Shown here: piece by piece, positions 37,788 to 48,300 of the stretch | How positions within the stretch are numbered: the first letter of the stretch is position 1 | How the letters are laid out: each line of letters opens with the position of its first letter | Assembly (NCBI GenBank): GCA_044226625.1 | Contig: JBGAGQ010000001.1 | Location: 32,001 to 96,000 of the forward strand | Source of the DNA: Thermoanaerobaculia bacterium | Lineage (GTDB): Bacteria; Acidobacteriota; Thermoanaerobaculia; Multivoradales; UBA5704 | Direction of reading: 5' to 3' | Length of the DNA stretch: 64,000 nucleotides | Program-made: the position numbers and the translations under genes | Notes under the pieces: model-generated | Database searches by the model: none | Told to the model about the DNA's origin: nothing | The model's input: only the letters and a program-made list of their open reading frames with translations

Positions 37788-39881
37788 TCATAGGTGAACG
37801 TCTCGCGAACGCAGAACCGCGAGCGTTCCGGCGATCAGGAGAAGCGCCTGGGCCGTGAGGACGAAAAGCAAGGTACCCGGGCGGGTTCGGTTCTTGGCCG
37901 GAAAATAGAACTCGGCAAACCCTTCCTGCTCGCTGTTCAAAACGGGAAGTTTCGTCTTCGATCCCGCCTTGGCCGGCTCCTGCCGCACGATCTCTTCCAT
38001 GGGCCGTCGCTTCTCCTCGGCGTCGACCGCGAGCTCGAGAGCCCAGCGCGAGGGCATCAGGTGGGCGATCGTTCGCGCGGTTTGTTGCATCTCGTGAACT
38101 GGACGCAGCATTCCGCCGAGCATCACCATCGGCAGGATGGCGATCGGCACGAGGGAGATCGCGACCTCAGAGCTCCGCGCGAGAGCCGAGAGTGTGAGAC
38201 CGATCGACGAGCCAACGAGGGCGCTCAAGAACAGGCCGGCGAGCAGGCGCGGCCATGGCGCCTCGATCTCGCAGCCGGCTCGAACGATCGCCAGCAACAG
38301 GCCGCACTGCACGAGGCCGATCAAGCCGAGCAGCACGAGCTTCGCCCCAAGGTACGCCACGAGGCGCAGGCCGACCATCCGTTCCCGGGCGAAGACCGGG
38401 CGCTCGGCGACAATCTCGCGCGCCGCGTTCGAACAGCCGAACCAAAGGGCGGCGATGTTGGACAGGAAGAGGACGGAAGCGACCGAAGGCCACGCCATGG
38501 CCTTGCTGACCCCTTCCTCCGGCCGAGTCGCGGCGCCGAAAACTAGGACGATCAGGAGCGCGATGATCGGTGCTTGGACCATCAGGATCACGCCGTTCCA
38601 GCGGTCTCTCGCCTTGAGCACCAGCTCCCGTCGAGTCAGGAGGATCAATTGGCGGAGTGCCGAGGGGAGCTTGCGGGGCCGCGGCTCCGTCGCGACCTGC
38701 ACGTCGCTCTGACCCGCCCGCTGGTCGACGAATCGGCTCTTGATCGCGGAGCGTTCGTACCGGTTCGACCATTCCGCCGTCGACTTCTTCGCGAGACCTC
38801 GAAGCACCCCCTCGGGTGAAGGCTCGGCGGGCAAGGAAAGGTCCGGATTGAAGAATCGAATCGCCTCCGGATAGGCCGGGCCGTAATAGACCACCCGGGC
38901 GGGATTGCGGGTCTCAACGTCGCGCGAGACCACGACCAGGTTGTCCATCAGGCGGAAGACCTCGCGGCTCGGCTGATGGATCGTGAGCAGGATCGTGCGC
39001 CCCTCCAGCGCGAGCTCGCGGAGCCCCTCCATCACCAGCAGGGCGTCCTCGGACGACAGGCCCGAGGTGGGCTCGTCGAGCAGCAGGACCGGTGGATCGG
39101 TCAGCAGCTCCATCGCGACGTTTACCCTCTTCCGTTCACCGCCACTCACGACCTTGCGCGTCGGCGAGCCGATCGCCGAGTCTCGAATGTGGGCGATGTG
39201 AAGCTGGGACAGCACACGGTCGATCCGCCGCTCGATCTCGTCGCGGCCGGTATCGCCGGGGAGCCTGAGCTTTGCGGTGAAGTACAAGGCCTCACGCACG
39301 GTCAGGTCGCCATGGAGAATGTCGTCCTGGGGTACGTAACCGATGCCGAGCCGGAATTGATCGAACTCGGCGTACAGGTCGCGGCCGTTGTAAAGCACTC
39401 GCCCGGCGCTCGGCGGCTGATAGCCGTTGAGCGCGGTCATGAGCGTCGTCTTGCCCGCACCGCTCGGCCCCATCAGGCCGACCAGCTCTGAGGGCAGAAG
39501 GGTGAGCGACACGCCTTCGATCAATCGCCGCTTGCCCGCATCGATCGCGACCCCTTGGGCCTCCACGCGGGTGTTGCCCCGGTAATCGCGCCGTTCGAGG
39601 AATTCGTCGTCCAAACGAACCAGGCGGCTGCCGCCCAGGTCGACGATGTCGCCGATCTCGAGAGGGGCGGTCGCCGAAAGGCGGGTACCGTTCAAAAAGG
39701 TCCCGTTGGTCGAACCGAGATCGGTCACCGTCCAGCGCGCACCGGAGCGCTCGATCCGCGCATGCCGACGCGAGATCAAGGGATGATCGATCGCCAGGTC
39801 GTTCTCCGACGTCCGTCCGACGATCAGAGCGGCGGAGGAGCCGAGTTGCAGGCGGAAGCCGGGAGGAGGAGCGGCCGTCAT
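37788..39881 (-). CDS. FHA + ABC ATPase + permease fusion (Rv1747-like exporter)
   Basis: FHA 'GR..SRRHA..STNGTFLNG'; 'GPSGAGKT', 'SGGERKR', 'LDEPTSGL'; C-terminal TM bundle. Confidence 0.92.
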   Translation of the reverse strand: MTAAPPPGFRLQLGSSAALIVGRTSENDLAIDHPLISRRHARIERSGARWTVTDLGSTNGTFLNGTRLSATAPLEIGDIVDLGGSRLVRLDDEFLERRDYRGNTRVEAQGVAIDAGKRRLIEGVSLTLLPSELVGLMGPSGAGKTTLMTALNGYQPPSAGRVLYNGRDLYAEFDQFRLGIGYVPQDDILHGDLTVREALYFTAKLRLPGDTGRDEIERRIDRVLSQLHIAHIRDSAIGSPTRKVVSGGERKRVNVAMELLTDPPVLLLDEPTSGLSSEDALLVMEGLRELALEGRTILLTIHQPSREVFRLMDNLVVVSRDVETRNPARVVYYGPAYPEAIRFFNPDLSLPAEPSPEGVLRGLAKKSTAEWSNRYERSAIKSRFVDQRAGQSDVQVATEPRPRKLPSALRQLILLTRRELVLKARDRWNGVILMVQAPIIALLIVLVFGAATRPEEGVSKAMAWPSVASVLFLSNIAALWFGCSNAAREIVAERPVFARERMVGLRLVAYLGAKLVLLGLIGLVQCGLLLAIVRAGCEIEAPWPRLLAGLFLSALVGSSIGLTLSALARSSEVAISLVPIAILPMVMLGGMLRPVHEMQQTARTIAHLMPSRWALELAVDAEEKRRPMEEIVRQEPAKAGSKTKLPVLNSEQEGFAEFYFPAKNRTRPGTLLFVLTAQALLLIAGTLAVLRSRDVHL

Positions 39882-39897
39882 CTCTTCTTCTCCTCTC

Positions 39898-41883
39898 CTA
39901 GCGAGCGCCAGCCGCTGCGCGCAGCTGGCTCCAGTCGTCTTGAATCGCCTGGATCACGTCGGCGGTCGGTCCGATGAAGGCGTTCCGCGCCTTCCCCTGG
40001 GCGGAGAGCTCCGTGTATTCGAGCGTCTCGGTCCATCCCGAGCCCAAGGTTCGACTGGTAGGCAGCATGTAGGCGTTCATGCGTATGCGCGCCGGTGTGA
40101 GCGAACCCTTGAGGCCCTTGAACCTCACGGTCTGGCGCTCGCCATCCTCGACCCGCAAGAGGACCAGGACATGGAAACCTTTCTGAACGAGCTCCGCGCC
40201 AAGCGCCTTTTGCGAAACTTTCGCGCCCTTTTTTTCGAGCATCTCGTCGATCTCCGGCTCGCCATGCTCGTCGACTACCTGGAATCGGCGCGACAGCCTC
40301 CGCTCCATCTCCTGTTCGAGCGGCACCGCGAGAACCGGATCCCCCCCGGCGAGCACCGCCACCTGGGGCCGATCGGGAAGCGCGCCCATGGAAGGAGGCA
40401 TCCCAGGGGGAGCTCCCGAGCCGGGAGGCATTCCCGGGGGCATGCCAGGCGGCATCCCCGGCGGCGCACCGGTCGTGCCGGGGGGGATCTGCGGAGCGCC
40501 CCCGTTCGCCGCCTGCGGCCAGCCCTGGGGCAGGGTGGGAGGCGCCTGGTTCGGATTGGCGTTCGGCACCGGAGGAGCCGGCGTCATTTGGGAGCCCGCC
40601 GTTGAGTCGTGCGGATGGAACTTCGCGAGATTCCCTTGCGTGCCCCCGTTTCCCACGTCGTCCGTCGACCCTTTCGAATCGGGCCGAGCTTTCCCCGTGC
40701 CCCCGACTTGGGAGGCGTCCTCCTTCTTCGAGACTTCGGAATCCGAAGACTCACCTTCGTCGTCGGTCTTCGACGCTTGGAAAGCGAACAGGCCGGCGAC
40801 TCCTAAAAGAAACGCCGCGCCGACGAGCATGCGGCGGCGAAAGATCCTGCGGCGGATCGCATTGAACTCGGCGGCCGACATCGCCGGGATCCTGCCCACC
40901 GGAGCGGGCGGTGAGGCGGGCCGCGGACTTGCCGCGCGGATCGTCGGATCTACGCCGAGGGGAGCCACCGACGCGCCGGCCAACGGCATCACGCTCTGCC
41001 GGACAGTGGCATCCACCATCGGCTCGTACGAAAGCCTTTGGCCCGCGGGGGCGAGGTCCGCGGTTTCCAGATCGCGCGCCATCGTTTCGCAATCGGGATA
41101 GCGGTCGGCGGCCCGCTTCGCGAGGGACCGCATCACGACCGCTTCGAGGGCAGGAGAGACCTCGGGCGCGGCAGACCGTAGAGGCGGCGGAGTCTCCGAA
41201 ACGTGGGCCTGAAGGATTGCGAATTGGGAACCCGAATCGAACGGCGTGCGCCCCGCGAGGAGCTGGTAGAGCACGACTCCGAGGGAATAGATGTCGGCGC
41301 GGCTATCGACCGCGTCCGGAGTCAGAATCTGTTCGGGGCTCATGTACTGGGGCGTGCCGACCGCGATACCGGTCGTCGTGAGGCCAGGCGACGCATCGGC
41401 CCTGGCGATTCCGAAGTCGGCGACAACGACCTCGCCGCTCTCGTTTAACAGCAGGTTCGCGGGCTTGACGTCGCGATGGACGATCCCCTTCTTGTGCGCA
41501 AAGCCAAGCCCCGCCAGAGCCTGGCGGGCCCAGAGCAGTGCCTGGGACCTCGGCACGGACCCGGCCCGCCGTTCCAGGACCTCGGCCAAACTCCCGCCGT
41601 CCACGTATTCGACGACGAGGAACCAACGCCCTCCGTCTTCCAGGTAGTCGAGGATGCGGGCGATGTTGGGGTGCCGCAATTGGGATTGCAGCTCGGCCTC
41701 GCGACGGAAGCGCTGGCGAAAGGACTCCACCGATTCCAGGCCCGGCGATAGAACTTTGACCGCGGCTCGAAGCATCAGAGAGGCATGGCGAGCGAGATAG
41801 ACCGAGCCCATGCCCCCCTGCCCCAACTCGCTTTCGAGCATCCAGCTGCCCACCTTGCGACCGATCAGAATCTCTTCCGCCAC
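39898..41883 (-). CDS. Membrane Hanks-type Ser/Thr kinase
   Basis: 'GQGGMG.VY', 'AVK', 'HRDVKPAN', 'DFG', 'GTPQYMSPE'; one TM; PPGM-repeat linker; GTG 41883 after GGAGG. Confidence 0.93.
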   Translation of the reverse strand: MAEEILIGRKVGSWMLESELGQGGMGSVYLARHASLMLRAAVKVLSPGLESVESFRQRFRREAELQSQLRHPNIARILDYLEDGGRWFLVVEYVDGGSLAEVLERRAGSVPRSQALLWARQALAGLGFAHKKGIVHRDVKPANLLLNESGEVVVADFGIARADASPGLTTTGIAVGTPQYMSPEQILTPDAVDSRADIYSLGVVLYQLLAGRTPFDSGSQFAILQAHVSETPPPLRSAAPEVSPALEAVVMRSLAKRAADRYPDCETMARDLETADLAPAGQRLSYEPMVDATVRQSVMPLAGASVAPLGVDPTIRAASPRPASPPAPVGRIPAMSAAEFNAIRRRIFRRRMLVGAAFLLGVAGLFAFQASKTDDEGESSDSEVSKKEDASQVGGTGKARPDSKGSTDDVGNGGTQGNLAKFHPHDSTAGSQMTPAPPVPNANPNQAPPTLPQGWPQAANGGAPQIPPGTTGAPPGMPPGMPPGMPPGSGAPPGMPPSMGALPDRPQVAVLAGGDPVLAVPLEQEMERRLSRRFQVVDEHGEPEIDEMLEKKGAKVSQKALGAELVQKGFHVLVLLRVEDGERQTVRFKGLKGSLTPARIRMNAYMLPTSRTLGSGWTETLEYTELSAQGKARNAFIGPTADVIQAIQDDWSQLRAAAGAR

Positions 41884-41914
41884 AGAACCTCCGAGCCTTG
41901 GGTTTGTTTTAGTA

Positions 41915-41938
41915 GACACACCCGAAAAGGTTTGGTGG
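41915..41938 (-). promoter_or_regulatory. Putative ECF promoter CCACC-N14-GTGTC heading the kinase operon
   Basis: Exact match to 28821-28844, 31 nt upstream of the kinase start. Confidence 0.5.
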
Positions 41939-41975
41939 ATTGCCGAACAAAGAGAGGCTGGCCGCGGGGGACGAA

Positions 41976-41999
41976 AAACAAACGCTTCCACGCCGTGTC
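41976..41999 (+). promoter_or_regulatory. Variant promoter AAACA-N14-GTGTC upstream of CHAT-4
   Basis: GTGTC 41995-41999; upstream box keeps only the central AC. Confidence 0.3.
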
Positions 42000-42052
42000 T
42001 CTCCCAAGGAAACCTTTCCGAGGGAATCGATGCTCTACGCGGCGACTACCGA

Positions 42053-43945
42053 GTGATCCGATTTCGTGTCGAAATCCAAGCCGTGGCGAGCGGCTTTGCG
42101 GTGCGAGCCTCCTGCCCGCGAGGGGAGGGCCGCTCCCAGCTCGTTCTGACCACCCCGATCTCGGCGGTACCTTCTTCCAACGGCGAGCACGATCCGAGAG
42201 CGATCGGAGAAGAGCTTTTTAGCTCGCTGCTGATGGGAGAAACCCTTTCGCTCTACGAGCGCTCGATCGACGACCTCGAAGCCGACCCCGACGGCATGCT
42301 CAGGATGGAACTCAGCTTCGATCCGCGGGACCCCGACGTGGCGGCTCTTCAGCGCCTTCCCTGGGAGCTCCTGAACAAACCCGGCTCCCCCGATCTCCTC
42401 GCGCTCGACCGGAGGAGGTCGATCGTCCGGTATCTCACCGTACCCCAGCGGATTACCGCGGCCCCAAAGCCCCAAAAACTGCGCATCCTGGCGGTCACGT
42501 CCGATCCCCGTCTGACCGGAATGCGTCCGTTGAACCTCGAAGGCGAGCTTCAGAGCCTTCGGGACGCCATCGGAAATTCAGGCACTCTCGAGCTGATCGA
42601 GCTAAGGAACGGCACCCTCGCCGCGCTCCGCGAAAAGCTCGTCGAACAGGAGTTCCACGTCCTTCATTTCCTCGGCCACGGGGTTCGACACCCAGCGTCC
42701 GGTGACCAGGTGCTCTATTTCGAGGGGCCTCTTCGCCAAGCCGATCCGGTGAGCGGTTCGGACCTGATGAACAAGCTTTCCGGACGCCCTCGCTTGCGTC
42801 TCGTCGTGCTCAACGCCTGCGAATCCGGCGTCGTTCCCGAGGGATCGAAGGAGATGGAATTCCGGCCCCTGGCGAGTGTTGCGACCTCGCTCGTACTCGG
42901 GGGCATGCCCGCGGTGATCGCGATGCGCAAGCCGATTCGGGACTCCGCGGCGGTGGCTTGGGCCCACGGATTCTATTCGCGCCTGGCGGCGGGCGACACG
43001 ATCGACGCCGCCATGGTCGAAGGGCGCCAACAGGTCCATTCGAGAGACCGTGCTGGCGACGAATGGGCGACGCCGATCCTTTTTCTTCGCTCGGCGACCG
43101 GCGAGCTCTACCCCGAGCGGGAGCTACCGCCAGAGGGGGTCACCCGCTGGCGCCTCGGCCGCCGCTTCGCGATTCTGGTTACCCTGCTTCTCGTCGCCGG
43201 TTTGGCCTGGCTCGGCCGGAGAGAGTGGGTGGATCAGCGGGTCCAGCGCCTCTGCGCGGAGGGCGCCGCCAAGGTCACCGCCGGAAACTGGAACGAGGCA
43301 CGCGAGCGCTTCCGGACCGCTCTGAAGCTCGCTCCCCGCTCGGCCAAGGTGGCGACAAATCTGGCCGCCGCCGAGGAGCAGTTGGGCGACGTGCGCGCGG
43401 CCGAGGATCTCTATCGCGAGGCCGCGCTGCGGGAGCCGGAATCCGTGGATCGGCTCTACGACCTCGGCCACTTCCTAAACGATCACGGCAACCCCGTCGA
43501 GGCTTACGGCGTCCTTTCCAAGGCTGTGACGTGGCCCGCTCCCTCGCCGCGAAACTCCGAGGTCTACGCCGAGCTGGCGCGAGCCGCCCTGTCTCGCGGG
43601 CTTTTCTCCCGCGCGAGAACGAACATCGCCGTCGCGTTGCGGCTCGACCCGGAGCGCGCCGAGTACTACAGGCGCCTCGGCGAGATCGAGCTGGCGAGCG
43701 GCTCTCCCGCGGCGGCGATCGCTCCGCTTGAGAGGGCTCTCGACCTCTTCGCCGTCGGCGATCTCGGGCGCATCGAGACGCTCGCCCTGCTCGCGCAATC
43801 CGAAGACCGGCTCGGCAACGCCGCCGCCACCTGCCGTCGGGTCGACGACTTCCGCCTGCTCGACAACCAGGGGATCTCGCCCTGGGCCCCGGCGGTGGAG
43901 GAAATCGCCCGCCGCCGGGCTTGCCCTGAAAGGACCGACGGATGA
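42053..43945 (+). CDS. N-terminal CHAT + TM + C-terminal TPR protein (CHAT-4)
   Basis: 'LPWELL', 'VLHFLGHG', 'LVVLNACES', 'EWATP.L'; TM 'FAILVTLLLVAGLAWL'; TPRs. Start uncertain (GTG 42053). Confidence 0.85.
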   Translation: MIRFRVEIQAVASGFAVRASCPRGEGRSQLVLTTPISAVPSSNGEHDPRAIGEELFSSLLMGETLSLYERSIDDLEADPDGMLRMELSFDPRDPDVAALQRLPWELLNKPGSPDLLALDRRRSIVRYLTVPQRITAAPKPQKLRILAVTSDPRLTGMRPLNLEGELQSLRDAIGNSGTLELIELRNGTLAALREKLVEQEFHVLHFLGHGVRHPASGDQVLYFEGPLRQADPVSGSDLMNKLSGRPRLRLVVLNACESGVVPEGSKEMEFRPLASVATSLVLGGMPAVIAMRKPIRDSAAVAWAHGFYSRLAAGDTIDAAMVEGRQQVHSRDRAGDEWATPILFLRSATGELYPERELPPEGVTRWRLGRRFAILVTLLLVAGLAWLGRREWVDQRVQRLCAEGAAKVTAGNWNEARERFRTALKLAPRSAKVATNLAAAEEQLGDVRAAEDLYREAALREPESVDRLYDLGHFLNDHGNPVEAYGVLSKAVTWPAPSPRNSEVYAELARAALSRGLFSRARTNIAVALRLDPERAEYYRRLGEIELASGSPAAAIAPLERALDLFAVGDLGRIETLALLAQSEDRLGNAAATCRRVDDFRLLDNQGISPWAPAVEEIARRRACPERTDG

Positions 43946-45153
43946 CTCAGAGCTTTCTTCGTTCGGGATTCCGCGCGGCCTCCCGGCTCGCGCTTCTCAC
44001 GGCCCTGCCGGCTGGCGCGCTATCTGCCCGCCCCGAGATCTCCGCTCGGCTCACCCAGATCGGCGGCGCGGTGGAGGTGGCAGGCCCAGGGGTCCGGAGC
44101 CTGCCCGCCGCGAACGCCTGGCAAATCGTTCAAGAAGGAGCCCTGGTGCGCGTACCCGCCGAGGGGTTCGTCGGCGTGGTCTGCTCGAACCGCCGCTACG
44201 TCCCGCTCAAGGGACCGGCCGTTTGGAAGCTTTCAGAGAGGGCATGCAATACCGGCCGGCTCCTGACCGAAGCCCAATACGCGCTCGTGGCGCCGCGCGC
44301 CGGCCGGTTCGAGGTGGTGGAAGGGATGATGGTCATCGACCGCGAGCTGCGCACCATTCGGGGCGAGAACCCTTTCGCGCCGACGGTCTATTCGCTTCGG
44401 AACTGTGTACTGCCCTCGCTTCGTCCCACCCTTTGGTGGCTCGCGGGCGAGAGCGCGGAAGAGTACCGGGTCGAATGGCGACGAGGCGACGTGACCGAGC
44501 ATCGCTTCCAGATTTCAGCGGCCGAAGCGACCTGCCATCGAGATCCGGACGGGCTCGACCTCTGCTCGTACCCTTGGCCCGCGGAGGCTCCGGATCTTGC
44601 CCAGGATTCGGAATACCTCCTCAACGTCTCGGCTCGAAACGGCGTCTCTCCAAACTGGTTCGCCGACACGCCGGTTGACGCGCGAACGCCGCGGCCGGGG
44701 GACGACGCCCAACTTCGAGCCGCACTGGCCGAGCTACGGAACGCGGGCCTCGTGGGCGACGATCTGCTGACGGCAGAGGCCGGGCTCTTCGCGAGGCGAC
44801 GCCTGTACTCGCAAGCGATCCCGATCTATCGACAGCTTCGCGCCAGTAATCCATCCCCGGAGCTCGCCGTCACCCTCGCCGACCTCTACCTCGTCACCGG
44901 CCTCGACTTCCTCGCCGAGCCGCTCTACCGCGAGGCGCTCGCGGGCGATTCGAAAGCCGTTCGAGCGGCCGCCTACTTCGGGTTGGGCCGGATCGCCTAC
45001 GAGGGCCAACGCTATTGCGACGCCGTCGGCTCTTTCGAGCTGGCGAGGCAAGTCTACGACGAGCGAAGTCTCACCCAAGAGGCCGAGGCGGCGAATCGAG
45101 CGCTAACGCGAGCGGTGCAGGAATCGGCGAAGTCTTTGGAAAAGTCGCCGTGA
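43942..45153 (+). CDS. Exported protein with FecR-like N-domain, DUF928-like middle and TPR tail
   Basis: ATGA overlap; signal peptide; 'RPTLWW..YRVEW..YPWP..APDL'; C-terminal TPRs. Domain names are by resemblance only. Confidence 0.6.
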   Translation: MTQSFLRSGFRAASRLALLTALPAGALSARPEISARLTQIGGAVEVAGPGVRSLPAANAWQIVQEGALVRVPAEGFVGVVCSNRRYVPLKGPAVWKLSERACNTGRLLTEAQYALVAPRAGRFEVVEGMMVIDRELRTIRGENPFAPTVYSLRNCVLPSLRPTLWWLAGESAEEYRVEWRRGDVTEHRFQISAAEATCHRDPDGLDLCSYPWPAEAPDLAQDSEYLLNVSARNGVSPNWFADTPVDARTPRPGDDAQLRAALAELRNAGLVGDDLLTAEAGLFARRRLYSQAIPIYRQLRASNPSPELAVTLADLYLVTGLDFLAEPLYREALAGDSKAVRAAAYFGLGRIAYEGQRYCDAVGSFELARQVYDERSLTQEAEAANRALTRAVQESAKSLEKSP

Positions 45154-45396
45154 TGCACCTCGGACCCGCAAGCGCAGGTCGCCGAACGCGCGAGCGATGA
45201 GGAAGACGCGGGCGCCTTGAAGCTCGGCCGGCGGAACCCGACGGGAAAGCTCGACCACCGCGCGCTCCGCATCGCTCTCGACGATGCGGCCGAAAGCCAG
45301 ACGGGTGACGGCGTTGTCTCGTTCAGCACCGGCCCGATGGACTTTGACTTTGGGGGCCGGAGCGGAGGAGGAGCTCAGCGAACTCGGCGGGACACT

Positions 45397-48300
45397 TCAC
45401 GGTCGTTTGGATTCGGAAATCCTTTCGGATCGGAACAGCCTTTCCGTCGAAGTACGGGGGTCTCCGGTGTACGCGTAACCGGCCCAATAGAAAGGCGCCC
45501 CGTATTTCGGGTGAACGATCATCTCGCTTTGCGCCGCGCGTAGCGCTTCCGACGCGGCTCGGCCCTCGACGAGGTGGCGGTAGAGAGAATCGATCAGCAA
45601 CGCCGAGGCCTCGTCGTCGATGCTCCAGAGGGTTGCGACCACGCCCCCCGCACCCGCGAAGAGAAAGGCGCGAATCATCCCTTCGATCTCGTCGCCCCCG
45701 GATCTCTTGCCGAGGCCGCTCTGACAGGAGGACAGCACCACGAGCGGCCGTGCGGGCAACCGCAGCTCGTCGAAGATCTCCCCCATCTCCAGACGGCCGT
45801 CCTGTTCGGCGTCCGGCGCGAGGGCCAGATAGCTCACCCTCGGCCGTTTCGAATCCTGCTCACCGTGCGCCGCGAGGTGGAGCAACGAGAGCGACGCAGC
45901 CTGCTTTCGCAGGATCGATTCCCGCGCCTGCGCTCCCACCTTCGCGGTCACGCCCAGGAGCCGCGCGACCCCTTCCGCCTCTCGCCGGGCCGCTGGCAAG
46001 GGCGGAAGGTCCGGGATTTCGGTCGCAGGATCGCCGAACACTAGCGCGCCGGCAGCAGCAGATAGCGACGGCTCCCCGGGCCTCGCGTTCGCCTCCGCCA
46101 CCAGCGCACCGGCCGCGGGGAGCAGGCTCAAGGCGTAGTCCTGGATCAGATACCGCCCCGTGCCCGGCTCCTGGAGCGCGCCCCAAGGCAACCGCTGAAG
46201 GGCATCATGGGGGACGAGCAGCAGGCGCGAGGCCCGCAGATGGGGACGCAAAGGGGCGATCAACGATCGATATAAACCCTCGCTCACCGAGCGGAATGTC
46301 GTCAAACCGGGATCGACCACCTCCACGCCCCGCTCGAGGAGACGATCGGGCCGGACGCCCGAATACCCTTCGGCCGGGATCGCCGAACGAAGCCTCTCGA
46401 CGTCCCGGGCTAACTGCCCGCGGGAGGGCGAAAGCTCGAACGAGGCCAGGCCTTCGCGGTCGAGAACCCAGGCGATCGTCTTGCCCGGCAAGGTGAAGAA
46501 GCTCACCAGAGCGGTATCCTCCGGAAGCGCCGCTCGGATCTCCGCGACGGTCGGGGGTCGGCTGACCGGCAACTCGGAGTACCCGGGTTGCAGCAACTTA
46601 AGCCGGAGCAGCAGGTCGTCCCTCGAGCCGCGCAGTTCTTCGACCTTCGCCAAGCTGTCCCGATCGTCCGCGGGCTCGAGCGTCTTCAAACGGGCGTTGA
46701 TCTCGTCGATGCGGGCGAGAAGGTCCGGATCCCCTTCCGCTCGGGGGTCGGATCGCGGCCCCCCCAACCAGCGAAGGAGCGTCGACGCTCGGGCGCGTTC
46801 GGCGCTCGCGAAAGCGTCCTCCGTACGGCCCGCGGCGACTTCCAGCTCGATCAGGGGCTCGAAGCTCTTCGCCGTTTCGCGCGCGACGTTCAGGGAGAAC
46901 TCGTCGAGACGGAGATGCTCTTGGCGCTCCTCGGCGGAGTCCGCGAGCTCTCGGGCCGCCGCGATCGCCTCCTCCGGTTTGCCCTGGCTCGCTAGCAGGC
47001 TCGACCGGAGGGCCAGGATCACCTTCCGATCCGGGGCATCCTTCGCCATCGCCTCGGCGGGGAGATTCGCGAGCTCCTTCAGCCTCCGTCGCCAGGGGGC
47101 CGAAATCGGCCGTCGGATCGTCGCGAACGGCCTCGAGCAGCCGTCGCGTGTTGGTCATGCCTTCCGCCGGAAGTAGATCCTCCAGCGCCACCCCGAGCTT
47201 CCCGAGCTGAGCGAGGCTCACGGGCTCCTTCTCGTCCATCGCTGCAGCAGCCTCGAGGAGCGCGCCAACTTCAGGAGAGATGTCGGAAATCAGCTCGGCC
47301 AGCTTCCGAAAGGCCTTCACCTTCTCCGGCCCATCGGCTTGCTCTCCCAGCGCTACAGAGAACCAATGCAAGGTTTCTGCTTGCCTCATGTCATCCTCGG
47401 TGCCGGCCTTTTCCCGCGCGACGTCCGCCGCGCGCCGGCTTCGTTCCGACGCTCCCAGGTCCGAGAACAGGATTGACTCCAGACTATGAAGAAAGGAGGG
47501 CAACGAAGGTTCGAGCTTTTGGGCTTCCGCCAGGAGCGCCACCGCCTCCTCCGCCCGATTTGCGTTCCGCGCCAGGAGCGACAACACCGCGAGCACCTTC
47601 GCTCGATCCTCGGGCTCCATGGCCGCGGAGAGCAGCTTCTTACCCTGGACGAATAGCTCCTCGGCCGCGGGCGATCCGAGCGGAACGCCGCGCCGCTGCG
47701 ATTCCTCCAGCAGGGCCACCACCTTCCGCTTGGGGTCGCTCTTGGACTTTTCGATAAAGGCCAAAACCTTACGGGCCGGTATGCCAAGGGACGTTTCCAG
47801 ACCCGATGAAAGCTCGAGGACTCGGTTCAGCTCATTGTTCGCCTCATCGAAACGGCCATGTCCGACCAGAATCTCGGCCAGGCTTCCACGCGACAGCCCT
47901 TCCAACAGGGCGGGAATTCGTTCGATCTTTTCCGCCGGTTTCCAGCCGAGCTTCGCAGCGAGCCGCAAAGCCCAGAGGAGCTTTTCGATGCCGTCGACGG
48001 GCTTCCGAAAGACGTGATTCAGAGAACGGGGCATCGCCGCGGCCAGCTTCGCGGCCCGACGCAAGAGCGTCTCCGCCTCGGCATCGTCGTCGCGCTCTTT
48101 CGCCGTAAGACCGAGGCTCAGTGAGAGGACTGCGGGCGCCAGCCGATCGCCCGCTTGCACGTACCGCTCCAAGGCCTGCTCGAAGTACGCCCGCGACGTC
48201 GCTTCGTCCTCGAAAGTGGAGAGCCCGAGCAGGGTGAGCGCGTTCGCCTCCTCGCCGAGATCTCCCTTCGCTTTCGCCTCGGCGCGCTGCTTTTCCAGTT

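Noticed and set aside
40385-40470. Short GGCAT-containing repeats
   Set aside because: They encode the PPGM low-complexity linker of the kinase.
45054-45414. 91-aa minus ORF behind a GAATC-N14-GTGTC sequence
   Set aside because: No RBS, overlaps the convergent gene, no recognisable motif, and the upstream box matches poorly.
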